DNA of 64,000 nt from an uncultured Mycobacterium sp. (GTDB lineage Bacteria > Actinomycetota > Actinomycetes > Mycobacteriales > Mycobacteriaceae), in NCBI GenBank assembly GCA_964483865.1, contig CAZADG010000003.1:2254-66253 (forward strand), in the 5' to 3' direction. A program made the position numbers and the translations under genes. Position 1 is the stretch's first letter. Each line of letters starts with the position of its first letter. The notes below the pieces were generated by a model. It had not been told where the DNA came from, did no database searches, and worked only from the letters and a program-made list of their open reading frames with translations. Shown here piece by piece: positions 43,828-53,833 of the stretch.

Positions 43828-43921
43828 AGTTTCCGATGCTAGTCCGAAGGTATCCAGGGGAGAAGGTCGCCGTAATTCACGGGCTGGACCTGTGCGCCCA
43901 GGGTTGCCGTGCGCGGCGAAA

Positions 43922-45205
43922 CTAGAAAATCTCGTAACCCTCACGGGAGATGGCGAATCCGTTTCCGGACCGGCTGTGGACGCAGCTCATCCCGGCCTCG
44001 CTGCTTGTGCAGGTGAGGTCACCGGCGGCGATCGAGTCCCCGTAAGCCAGCGGTTCGCCGCCCCCGAAGGCGGTGTCGCCGGCGCAGACGAACTCCGCGC
44101 CACGATCCGGGCTGAGCACGATGCCCTGTCCGTACTCAGTCGACGACGGGCAGTCCGTGGGACGCCTTGGCGGCAGCCAGTTGCGTCTTCGGATGTCGCA
44201 ACGGACCAGCGAGGCGTCGATAACGCAGCCGATGTTTCCGGTCGGTGAGGTGAAACTGGTTGTCGCACCGTTTGGAGGCTGCGTGGGTGATCGAGGAGGG
44301 CTCGTCGCAGTCGGGGGATCGGTCGGGCTGCTCATCGCTGGGCTGGTGGTCGCCGTCGGAGTTTCTTCGGCAACTCTGGTGCCGGGGCCGCCGTCGTCGC
44401 CATCTCGGCTGATCAGCACGACTGCAATGACGGCCGCCGCGATGGCTGCCAGCGCCGCGGCACCCAGCCCAATCCGGCGGGCTCCGCCTTGCGGCGCCGC
44501 CCCCGCCTTCCGGTCTCCGACCGGTTCCGCGGCCTTCGCTTCGTCGGGCGAGGTATTGGTGCCCTGCAACCGGAGCAGACGGTGATCGACGTCGGCGTAG
44601 AGGTCGTTGCGTTTGCCGAACATCTCCAGCACATAGCGGCCGGCCCGACGCTCCTCTTCATCGGTGGACCGCAAGGCCGGTTCCAGGTCGATGAGAATCT
44701 GGTGCTGTTGGTCGTGGGTCAGTGGTTCAGACTGGGCGACCAGGTCGACCAGACCCGAAAGGTACGACAGCGGGATGGGTGGGGCCTCGGGGAGCGGCTG
44801 CGGCGGCGGCGGGGCGGCAGGCAGGTTCGCCAGCGCGCCTGCCAGCGCTATCGCCGACTCGCGCGCGGAGGGGGAGTAGCCGATGATCTGCCGCGTCGAC
44901 AGCGCGTTGGGCAGCGCTTCGGGAAGCCGCTGGACGGCCAGTGGCAGGACTGGCTTGCCGAGGGCCAACGCCCACGCCAACTCGCGCTTACAGGCCACCG
45001 AGTTCAGCGTCTGGTCGGAGACTACCGCCACGAACGCATCGGAATCGGCTATGCGCCGGAGGATTTCGTCCCACCAAGACTGTCCGCCCCGCAGCGCGGA
45101 GTCAAACCATGCCTGGTAGCCGAGAGCATCGAGGTCGCGGACCAGCGCCTCGATATCGGACTTGTTCTCCCGCGCGTAGGAGATGAACAACTGCCGCACA
45201 GTCAC
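43922..45205 (-). CDS. TIR-domain single-pass membrane protein with a C-terminal DUF6636-like ectodomain
   Basis: LFISYAR, WFD..LRGGQSWWDEI, SVACKRE (catalytic Glu), TM IGLGAAALAAIAAAVIAVVLIS, Pro/Thr linker, six-Cys domain; start may be GTG 45199. Confidence 0.88.
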   Translation of the reverse strand: MTVRQLFISYARENKSDIEALVRDLDALGYQAWFDSALRGGQSWWDEILRRIADSDAFVAVVSDQTLNSVACKRELAWALALGKPVLPLAVQRLPEALPNALSTRQIIGYSPSARESAIALAGALANLPAAPPPPQPLPEAPPIPLSYLSGLVDLVAQSEPLTHDQQHQILIDLEPALRSTDEEERRAGRYVLEMFGKRNDLYADVDHRLLRLQGTNTSPDEAKAAEPVGDRKAGAAPQGGARRIGLGAAALAAIAAAVIAVVLISRDGDDGGPGTRVAEETPTATTSPAMSSPTDPPTATSPPRSPTQPPNGATTSFTSPTGNIGCVIDASLVRCDIRRRNWLPPRRPTDCPSSTEYGQGIVLSPDRGAEFVCAGDTAFGGGEPLAYGDSIAAGDLTCTSSEAGMSCVHSRSGNGFAISREGYEIF

Positions 45206-45212
45206 TCCTCAC

Positions 45213-47606
45213 TCATGCACTCGCCGATGTGGGTCCGGCGTTGACGGGGCCCTCGTAGCGCAGCGTGAACTCGTCGGCGGGCACCGTCCAGTGCTCCCCG
45301 CCCTCGCCCTGTACCACCCAGTCGCCGGATTGCGCGGTCACGTCACCCTCCAGGGTGTGCACGGTTTCTCCCGGCCTGGCCGGACGGGCCAGCACGGTGC
45401 CGTGCCGTTGCCACAGTTGACCGCTCATGTGCCGGTACCGGTCGGTGAAGATATCGTCCTGCACCGACCACCATCGATCGTCGTCGGGGTCGCGGACCGC
45501 CCAGTCGCCGGCCCGGGCCGTCATGGTGTTGCCTGATCGGGTGGTCCACGTCCATGGCGTCGATCGCTTCTCGGCGAACACGGTGCCTTTGCGGCGGAAC
45601 GACTTCCAGACATCCTGCGATTCGATGGGCCGTGAACGGTAACCGAGTTGGCGGAGCCGCAGTAGGGTGGTCGCCAGGCTGTTCAGCGCTCTGTCCAGCA
45701 GATCCGGATCGGCTTCGATTCGTTCCCAGTCCACCAACTTGTCGTGGATTTTCCGGGCATCGTCCCGTACCGGACCGTAGCGCCAGCCCGCTTCCCGGTA
45801 GTACCGACACCAATCCTCGTGCTCGGCGCGGGCCATCGCTAGCGCGGTGTCCCGGTCGAAACCCATCAACCGAAGCTGCTCGAGGGGTTGGTGTCCGAGC
45901 AGTTCGGCGGTGGGAATCGAGTCCGGTGGCACGCCGAACGTGTTCCAGGTGTGGCCGCCGATCTGCTCAGCCATCCACAACACATTGCCCACCTCGCGTC
46001 GGTTCGATCCCCGATAGAAATCATCGAGTTCGGCCCACGGACGGGTCGCCGGGGTGCCAGGGTCGACGTCGGCGACATACCGGTCGTGGATGAGCCGTGC
46101 CGCGCGTTCCCAGGAGTCGTGCGCCTGTCCCTCGGGCAGGTCCATGCTTAGGTGATAGGTCCGCAGCCGACCGACAACCGCGGGCTTGTCGTCGCTCAGG
46201 TCCGCGCTGGGATCCCATGCGTAGATCGAGGTTGCGGGGAAATGGGCCGCCAATCGGGTGCCGACGGCCGGGTCGACACCGGCAACCGGCGAGTCGACAA
46301 GAATCACCGCGGTGCCGGTCGGATCCTCGGATAGCAGAGACATCAACAGTGCGACAGTAGGTTTGGCCGCAACCGCCTCAATGTCAGGCCGATCCGGCGG
46401 TAGGCCTAGCTGAGCGCGGGAGAATTCGTGGTCGCGCTTGGCGTCGTCGGCGTCCTCTGCGACCACGGTCAGCTTCGGAAGGGCTGTCCCCTCCGACACT
46501 GTGCAGTAGTCGCGTTCCAATTGCCGGCGCGCCAGGTCGGCGCACAGAGCCAGGGTCAGTTGCGAGTAACCGCACACCAGGACGCGTCGAACTCCAGGTT
46601 CGGCGGTGATCCAGTCCAGCAATCGGCTCGCGGTCACTTCATATCTGCCCACCGTGTCGGCGGCCCACCGCGTCTGCGATCCGCCGAAGTGCCGAGCCCG
46701 CCACGCGGCAGCCTGCCATGGGTCGTCGATGCGGACGATCAGGGGGATCCGCCGTCTGCGGTCGGCCCGCGAGATCCGCTTCGTGATCAGCTCCAGGCGC
46801 GACAGGTTAGATCCCGGGTCCGCGCCGAGGAGGTATAGCCTGTCCAGCCTGTCCCACAGCGCCAACGAGGTGAGCGTTTCGGGCTGCCGGAAGTCCACTC
46901 GGACCACCCGGCCGCCGTGGCTGCGGGCCGCTTCGGCACAGCGTCCCGTCGGGGAGGATGTGATCAGCGCCAGATTGCCGCGGCGGCCTACCGTGTCCGC
47001 GATCGCGCCGATCATCGACTCGGCGTCGTCGTCGGCGTCGACGATGGCGGTTACCGATCGGGCGAAGCGCAACCGGAGCCGGTCCAGACCTGAGCGGAAC
47101 AGCGCGGCGGTCACACCGATCACACTGAGGAACAACGCCGCCAAGGCTGTCAGTCGGGCGATCTCAAGGGCGACCGGCGAGGGCGACGGGCACTGGCCGG
47201 TAGCGATCGACTGGTCGCCGAAGCCGCCCTTGACCAGACCGGCGGTCCACATGAGCGCGGTGAAGAACCGGGGATGGGTGTCGTCGTGACAGTTCCAGTA
47301 CGACGCCAGGCCTAGGATCAGGCTGATCATCGCCAGCCCGGACACGACAGCCACGGGCGCGCCGGTCTCTCTGATTCCGTGGCCCCGCAAGACGAGTCCG
47401 GCCAGGATGGCCAACACCGCGACGACGACGGCGATCGTGGCCGCCGAGCCGGGGCGGCCGAACCACTGCAGTCCCTCGGGCTGAGCAAGTCGGGCGCCAG
47501 GATTCAGAGCGAGCACCGTCAGATGGCCGAGTAGCAACAGGGTGACGCCCGCCAGTGCCATCCTGGCGGCGCGGAGTGCCGGTTCGTTGATCGTCTTGCC
47601 CCCCAA
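45213..47606 (-). CDS. Membrane protein with pore-loop-like segment, RCK/TrkA-like region, RyR domain and tandem PGDYG-like repeats
   Basis: Four TMs with FFTALMW...GGFGD between the last two; RRVLVCGYSQL; PWAELDDFYRGSN; MARAEHEDW...GWRYGPVRDDARKIHDKLVDW; two GDW repeats. Confidence 0.8.
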   Translation of the reverse strand: MGGKTINEPALRAARMALAGVTLLLLGHLTVLALNPGARLAQPEGLQWFGRPGSAATIAVVVAVLAILAGLVLRGHGIRETGAPVAVVSGLAMISLILGLASYWNCHDDTHPRFFTALMWTAGLVKGGFGDQSIATGQCPSPSPVALEIARLTALAALFLSVIGVTAALFRSGLDRLRLRFARSVTAIVDADDDAESMIGAIADTVGRRGNLALITSSPTGRCAEAARSHGGRVVRVDFRQPETLTSLALWDRLDRLYLLGADPGSNLSRLELITKRISRADRRRRIPLIVRIDDPWQAAAWRARHFGGSQTRWAADTVGRYEVTASRLLDWITAEPGVRRVLVCGYSQLTLALCADLARRQLERDYCTVSEGTALPKLTVVAEDADDAKRDHEFSRAQLGLPPDRPDIEAVAAKPTVALLMSLLSEDPTGTAVILVDSPVAGVDPAVGTRLAAHFPATSIYAWDPSADLSDDKPAVVGRLRTYHLSMDLPEGQAHDSWERAARLIHDRYVADVDPGTPATRPWAELDDFYRGSNRREVGNVLWMAEQIGGHTWNTFGVPPDSIPTAELLGHQPLEQLRLMGFDRDTALAMARAEHEDWCRYYREAGWRYGPVRDDARKIHDKLVDWERIEADPDLLDRALNSLATTLLRLRQLGYRSRPIESQDVWKSFRRKGTVFAEKRSTPWTWTTRSGNTMTARAGDWAVRDPDDDRWWSVQDDIFTDRYRHMSGQLWQRHGTVLARPARPGETVHTLEGDVTAQSGDWVVQGEGGEHWTVPADEFTLRYEGPVNAGPTSASA

Positions 47607-47612
47607 AGGAAT

Positions 47613-48797
47613 TCAGAGCACTTTGTGAAGCGGACCTTCGGCTTTCCTGTACATCGAGCGCAGCAGCACGTCGCGGAACCGGGCATCGTCGATCAGCTTG
47701 ATCCCGGCATTGGCCACCTTCGGGTATCCGAGTAGCTTGTGGAAGTAACGGCCGCGCCGGTACTCCTTACCCCAAGCGGCTTCCATCCGCTGGCCATAGT
47801 TGGTGAAGTCGTCGGGCCCGCCGTTCTCCAGCGCTGCCATCGCGCACTCACCGGCGGCCAGGCCGGACTCCAGCGCCTTGGAGATCCCAGCCCCGGAAGC
47901 AGGCTTGCCGGCACCTAGCGAATCGCCGGTGAACAGCACGCCGGGACGCCACGGCGGCCACGCCGTAAAGCCCATCGGCAACCGCCAGGCCCGGACGCTC
48001 TTGTTCTTCTTCAACTCCTCGATGCTGGGCAGCTTCCACTCCGGCGGCAGCGTGGCCAGGAACTCCCCGAGGAACTGGGTGGCGTTGATGGCCTGCCAGT
48101 TCTTATAGCTGTTGATGTAGCCCAAGCCGATGTTGAGCCGGCCGCCGCCCATCGGGAAAACCCAGCCGTATCCCGGTAGCTGATCGCCTTGGAACTGCAG
48201 CTTCAGGTAGATGTCCATGCTGTCTGAATCGGCAACCTCGGCGTCCATCTCCGCGCGGATCGCGATCGCCGAGTAGCCGTTGTACTCCGAGTCCAGCTTC
48301 AGCGCCCGCTTGATGGGGGAGTAGGCACCGTCAGCGGCGATGACCGCGTCTCCCAAAACCTTCTCGCCGCCCTTGAGGACCACCCCGATGACCCGCCCGT
48401 GTCCGTCGAGGATCGGTTCGCTGACCTCGGCTCCCTGACGCACCACCGCACCGGCCTTCTCTGCGTGCTCGAGCAGCATGGTGTCCAGCAGCATGCGGCT
48501 GACGGTGTGCCCGTGGTCGGGCATGCCGGGACGCTTCGGGAAGGACAGTTCCCAGCGCGACGGGCTGAACACCGTCACCCGGTTCACCCGGTGGAAGCCC
48601 GCCACCTCGTCGGCCAGGCCCATTTTCTGCAGGTAGCTCACCGCGCGGGCGGTCAGGCCGTCGCCGCAGGGCTTGTCGCGGGGAAACACCGCTTTGTCCA
48701 GGACCACCACTTTGGCGCCGGTCTGCGCGGCCTGCCAGGCGGCAGCCGAGCCCGACGGGCCGCCACCGGCAATCACCAGGTCGAATTGGTTGGTCAC
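47613..48797 (-). CDS. Geranylgeranyl reductase family FAD oxidoreductase
   Basis: GGGPSG, FPRDKPCGDG, ADGAYS, GYGWVFP, GD...GAGISKALESG; alternative ATG at 48860. Confidence 0.9.
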   Translation of the reverse strand: MTNQFDLVIAGGGPSGSAAAWQAAQTGAKVVVLDKAVFPRDKPCGDGLTARAVSYLQKMGLADEVAGFHRVNRVTVFSPSRWELSFPKRPGMPDHGHTVSRMLLDTMLLEHAEKAGAVVRQGAEVSEPILDGHGRVIGVVLKGGEKVLGDAVIAADGAYSPIKRALKLDSEYNGYSAIAIRAEMDAEVADSDSMDIYLKLQFQGDQLPGYGWVFPMGGGRLNIGLGYINSYKNWQAINATQFLGEFLATLPPEWKLPSIEELKKNKSVRAWRLPMGFTAWPPWRPGVLFTGDSLGAGKPASGAGISKALESGLAAGECAMAALENGGPDDFTNYGQRMEAAWGKEYRRGRYFHKLLGYPKVANAGIKLIDDARFRDVLLRSMYRKAEGPLHKVL

Positions 48798-49113
48798 AAT
48801 CTCCGGCTCGGTCTCTGTGTTCTCGGATCGGTCGCTGTTGATGCTAGTCGGAGCGGGCATTGGCTGATCGGGGGCCAGCCGGTTCCCCCGCCGAAACAGC
48901 CCTTTCAGCCGACACATCGGGGGCTGTGGAACGGCCGTCGAGCCCGACGATGCCGACGCCCGCGCCGGCGATGGGCTGAAATTGCCGAACGCGCCGATAG
49001 GGTAACGGCGCTCGGCACAGCGAACGCGCAGGCGATCGGCCGCCGGGAAGCCGTCGGCCGATGGCCGTCCGAGGGCCAGTCGGCGGTGGACTGTCGGCAG
49101 TAGAGTGCTGTTC

Positions 49114-49851
49114 GTGCCCAGGTTCGCAGTCCCGCTACCGGGGGCTAAACCGGTCAAGGTGGATGCGCGCAGCGAGCGCTGGCGCGAGCACCGCAAGAAG
49201 GTGCGCGCCGAGATCGTCGACGCCGCCTTCCGGGCCATCGACCGCAACGGTCCCCAGGTCAGCCTGAATGAGATCGCCGCCGAGGCCGGCACCGCCAAAC
49301 CCAAGATCTACCGACACTTCAACGACAAGGCGGACCTCTTCGCGGCCATCGGCAAGCGATTGCGCGACATGCTGGTCGCGGCGATCTTTCCCACCATCGA
49401 TCTGGCGACCGACCCCACTCGCGAAGTCGTACGGCGCTGCGTGGCCGAATACGTCAGTCTCGTCGAGCAACATCCCAACGTGCTGCGCTTCGTCCTGCAG
49501 GGCCGATTTCCCGAGCCGTCCGAATCCACCACCCGCGGGTTCAGCGAAGGCCGGGAGATCACCATGGCGATCGCTGAGATGTTCAACAACGAACTCCGCG
49601 AACTGCGCCTCGCCGAGTCCTCGCTGCAACTGGCGGCAGCCGCCTGCTTCGGCGCGGCCTCGACCGCCACCGACTGGTGGCTGGGTTCTGATCCGGAAAG
49701 TCCGCCAAGGATGCCGACCGACAAATTCGTGGCGCACCTGACCACCGTCATGCTGGGCACCATCGCCGGCATCGCTGACCTGCTCGATATCGACCTCGAC
49801 CCCGATCTGCCGCTGCGCAGCGCCACCCCGCGCAACGCCGCGGTCGGCTGA
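49114..49851 (+). CDS. TetR family regulator (Rv3050c-like)
   Basis: KVDARSERWREHRKKVR, AGTAKPKIYRHF. Confidence 0.9.
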   Translation: MPRFAVPLPGAKPVKVDARSERWREHRKKVRAEIVDAAFRAIDRNGPQVSLNEIAAEAGTAKPKIYRHFNDKADLFAAIGKRLRDMLVAAIFPTIDLATDPTREVVRRCVAEYVSLVEQHPNVLRFVLQGRFPEPSESTTRGFSEGREITMAIAEMFNNELRELRLAESSLQLAAAACFGAASTATDWWLGSDPESPPRMPTDKFVAHLTTVMLGTIAGIADLLDIDLDPDLPLRSATPRNAAVG

Positions 49852-49891
49852 TCCATCGGCGCCATCCCGACACACAGCGGCGACACGCCAA

Positions 49892-50977
<1,086 letters not shown>

Positions 50978-51040
50978 GCCTACGGTGAACGGCCGGTGAA
51001 TCTGCTGGCGTGATCAGTGCTGAACCGACAGACTGGGTGC

Positions 51041-51385
51041 ATGTCCGATAAGCCGTTGTTCCGCTCTGTCATCGACTGGCTGCGTGCCGGCTATCCCGGC
51101 GGCGTGCCGGGGCCGGACCGGGTGCCGTTGTTGGCGCTGCTGAGGAACACTCCGCTGACTGAGGATGAGGTCAAAGCAGTGGTCCGTGAGATCACCGCCC
51201 ACCAGGACGAGGTACTGGCGGACGGGGTTGTCGGACACGACGAGATCGAGAAGTTCATCGAGGGTGTGGCACATCATGACGGCGGCCCCGAGAACGTCAA
51301 ACGGGTGGCCGACATCCTGGTCGCGGCAGGCTGGACGCTTGACCCCTCGCTCGCGGCCGCCGACGAGAAGCTCGCCGAGGATTAA
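51041..51385 (+). CDS. DUF3349 protein (Rv3046c-like)
   Basis: WLRAGYPGGVPGPDRVPLLALL. Confidence 0.85.
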   Translation: MSDKPLFRSVIDWLRAGYPGGVPGPDRVPLLALLRNTPLTEDEVKAVVREITAHQDEVLADGVVGHDEIEKFIEGVAHHDGGPENVKRVADILVAAGWTLDPSLAAADEKLAED

Positions 51386-51392
51386 CTCCTCC

Positions 51393-51417
51393 CGCCGAGC
51401 GTCGCTCCAACTCGGCG
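51393..51417. terminator. Hairpin between convergent genes
   Basis: CGCCGAG-N11-CTCGGCG between the DUF3349 and adhC stops. Confidence 0.4.
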
Positions 51418-51433
51418 TTCGGCAGTCGTCCGG

Positions 51434-52486
51434 TTATGCGTCGCGCAGCGTTTCGGTGTCGATGACGAAGCGGTAGCGGACATCGCTGGCGATCACCCGC
51501 TCGTAGGCCTCGTTGATGTAGTCCGGCTCGATTACCTCGATCTCGGCGGCCAGCCCGTGATCGGCGCAGAAATCCAGCATCTCCTGTGTTTCCGGGATTC
51601 CGCCGATCATCGATCCGGAGATCGAGCGCCGCATCTGGATCAGCGAAAACGACGGGACCACAAGGGGATTCTCCGGGGCGCCCAACTCGACGAATACCCC
51701 GTCCCGGTCGACCATGTTGAGGTAGTTGGCCAGGTTCAGATCCGCCGAGACGGTGTTCAGAATGATGTCGAAGGAGTTGCGCAGCTTCTTGAAGGTATCC
51801 CGGTCGCTGGTGGCGTAGTAGTGCTTGGCACCCAGACGCAGGCCGTCCTCCATCTTCTTCAGCGACTGCGACAGCACCGACACCTCAGCGCCCATGGCCG
51901 CGCCCAGCTTGACGGCCATGTGGCCCAGGCCGCCCAGACCCACCACGCCGAGACGGGTGCCTGGGCCGACATTCCAGCGTCGCAGCGGCGAGTAGGTGGT
52001 GATTCCGGCGCACAGCAGAGGCGCGGCAGCATCAAGCGGCAGCGACTCGGGGATACTCAACACATAGTTCTCGTCGACGACGATGTGGCCGCTATACCCG
52101 CCTTGAGTCGGCTGACCGTCCCGGCCGACGGCGTTGTAGGTGCCGGTCATTCCGCTGCCGGTGCAGTACTGAGCGAGGCCGGCACGGCAGTTGTCACACT
52201 CCCGGCAGGAGTCGACGAAGCAGCCCACTCCGACCCGGTCGCCAACCTTGAATCCGGTTACCTCCGAGCCGATTTCGGTGACGATCCCGGCGATTTCGTG
52301 GCCCGGTACAACCGGGTAGCTGGGCGTGCCCCACTCAGCGCGCACGGTGTGGATGTCGGAATGGCAGATTCCGGCGAAGTGGATGTCGAAAGCGACGTCG
52401 TGCGGGCCGACGGCACGCCGGGTGATCGTGGTCTTCATCAGAGGCTCGGTGGCTGAGGTGGCGGCGTAGGCGCGGACGGTGCTCAT
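51434..52486 (-). CDS. adhC: NADP-dependent zinc alcohol dehydrogenase
   Basis: GICHSD, GHE, CxxCxx[25 protein letters not shown]. Confidence 0.92.
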   Translation of the reverse strand: MSTVRAYAATSATEPLMKTTITRRAVGPHDVAFDIHFAGICHSDIHTVRAEWGTPSYPVVPGHEIAGIVTEIGSEVTGFKVGDRVGVGCFVDSCRECDNCRAGLAQYCTGSGMTGTYNAVGRDGQPTQGGYSGHIVVDENYVLSIPESLPLDAAAPLLCAGITTYSPLRRWNVGPGTRLGVVGLGGLGHMAVKLGAAMGAEVSVLSQSLKKMEDGLRLGAKHYYATSDRDTFKKLRNSFDIILNTVSADLNLANYLNMVDRDGVFVELGAPENPLVVPSFSLIQMRRSISGSMIGGIPETQEMLDFCADHGLAAEIEVIEPDYINEAYERVIASDVRYRFVIDTETLRDA

Positions 52487-52587
52487 GGGTTGAGACTAGG
52501 CAATAGCGGATGCCGTCCGTCACCCCGGGAGAGAGAAATGCATCCGCTGACTCCCCAAGCGTCAAGCCAGCGCAACGCGCGGGGTTC

Positions 52588-53652
52588 TCAGTTGATGGGT
52601 GCGTTGAGCCAGCGCAGGTCCTCGACGATTCCGCGGGCGGCGACCAGACCCTGGCCGGTCTGCCACACCTCGTTATTGACCACGAACACCCGGTTGTCGC
52701 GGTTCGCCGAGAGTTTTCGCCAGGCCGGACTGTCCAGCAGGGCGGGGGCGCGGTCTTTGGCCGTCGGCGAAGCGAACGACAGGTACACGATGTCGCCGTC
52801 GGCGGCCGAGAAATCGGATGCGCCGTCAAGGTTGATCTCCACAAACGGTTTGTCGGTAAACCGCTGTGCAGCAGGGCGATCCACGCCGACGGCGGCCAGG
52901 ACGCTGCCGGCGAAGGTGTCGGCGCCCCAGATCCGGAGCGTGGTGTCGGTGAGCTGGACGACGGAGGCCTGGAAGTGTGCGGCGTCGTTGGCCTCGCCGG
53001 CTTTCCTGGCCTGGTCGGCGAACCCGTCGATCAGACCGTCCGCGGCCCGCAACCGGCCGGTGGCCGCACCCACCATCCGGAGGTTGGCCTGCCAGATCGC
53101 GCCCGGTGCGGCGGAGAACACGGTCGGGGCGATCGCCGTCAGCGCGGTGTAGGCGTCGGGTGTCAGCGCCTGCGAACCGAGGATCAGATCCGGCTTGGCC
53201 GCCGCGATCGCCGCCAAGTCGGGCGCGCTGCGACTGCCGACCCCCGGAACGTCGTGGATGACTGTCCCCAAGTAGGAGGGTTGGGCGTCCGACCCGTCCG
53301 GTAGCGCCGCGGCCACGATGCGTGCCTGCAGGCCCAGGGCGCACAGCGCGTCGAGTTCGTCGCCGGCCAGCACCACGATCCGCATTGGGTCGGGCCGAAC
53401 CGGGGTCTCTCCGGCGGCGTGCTTGATGGGCCCGGGCGGCGCGCCGTCGAGGCGGGCCGGCTCGGGCGCGCAGGACTCATCGGGACGACGCTGATTTCCC
53501 AACACCCCGGCGGAGGCGATTTTCGTGGTGCTGGTGACAACGCTGCTGGTCGCGCCGCCTGCACCGGGTCCGGAAACCGGTTCGGACCGGCTGGTACATC
53601 CAGTGGCCGCCAAGGCAACTGCCAGGACGGGAATCACGGCTCGGAACGGCAC
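52588..53652 (-). CDS. fecB: Iron-siderophore ABC substrate-binding lipoprotein
   Basis: Lipobox ATGC, RIVVL...LDALCALG, AAKPDLILGS, IAPTV; syntenic with Rv3044. Confidence 0.88.
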   Translation of the reverse strand: MPFRAVIPVLAVALAATGCTSRSEPVSGPGAGGATSSVVTSTTKIASAGVLGNQRRPDESCAPEPARLDGAPPGPIKHAAGETPVRPDPMRIVVLAGDELDALCALGLQARIVAAALPDGSDAQPSYLGTVIHDVPGVGSRSAPDLAAIAAAKPDLILGSQALTPDAYTALTAIAPTVFSAAPGAIWQANLRMVGAATGRLRAADGLIDGFADQARKAGEANDAAHFQASVVQLTDTTLRIWGADTFAGSVLAAVGVDRPAAQRFTDKPFVEINLDGASDFSAADGDIVYLSFASPTAKDRAPALLDSPAWRKLSANRDNRVFVVNNEVWQTGQGLVAARGIVEDLRWLNAPIN

Positions 53653-53833
53653 GACGCGACGGTAACACCCGGGACCCGCAAAACCGCGCTGACCTGGCCT
53701 TGGGCCCATCAGCCCGGGCTGTGTGACGCGAAATACGACAGAATGTAGGACCGACACCGCGCAAGCCCTGGTTTGGGGATAGGATGCGCCGTAGATTGCT
53801 TGGGGTATTCCCCATGGATGGTTGGAGGATCTT

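Noticed and set aside
43922-47606. Canonical Thoeris, CBASS or Pycsar call
   Set aside because: No SIR2, Macro or SLOG effector and no cyclase is recognisable; the TIR is membrane-anchored with an exported domain.
48861-49104. GC-rich intergenic stretch with short palindromes (possible riboswitch or small ORF)
   Set aside because: The hairpins are short and expected at this GC content; no recognisable aptamer, RBS or coding signal.
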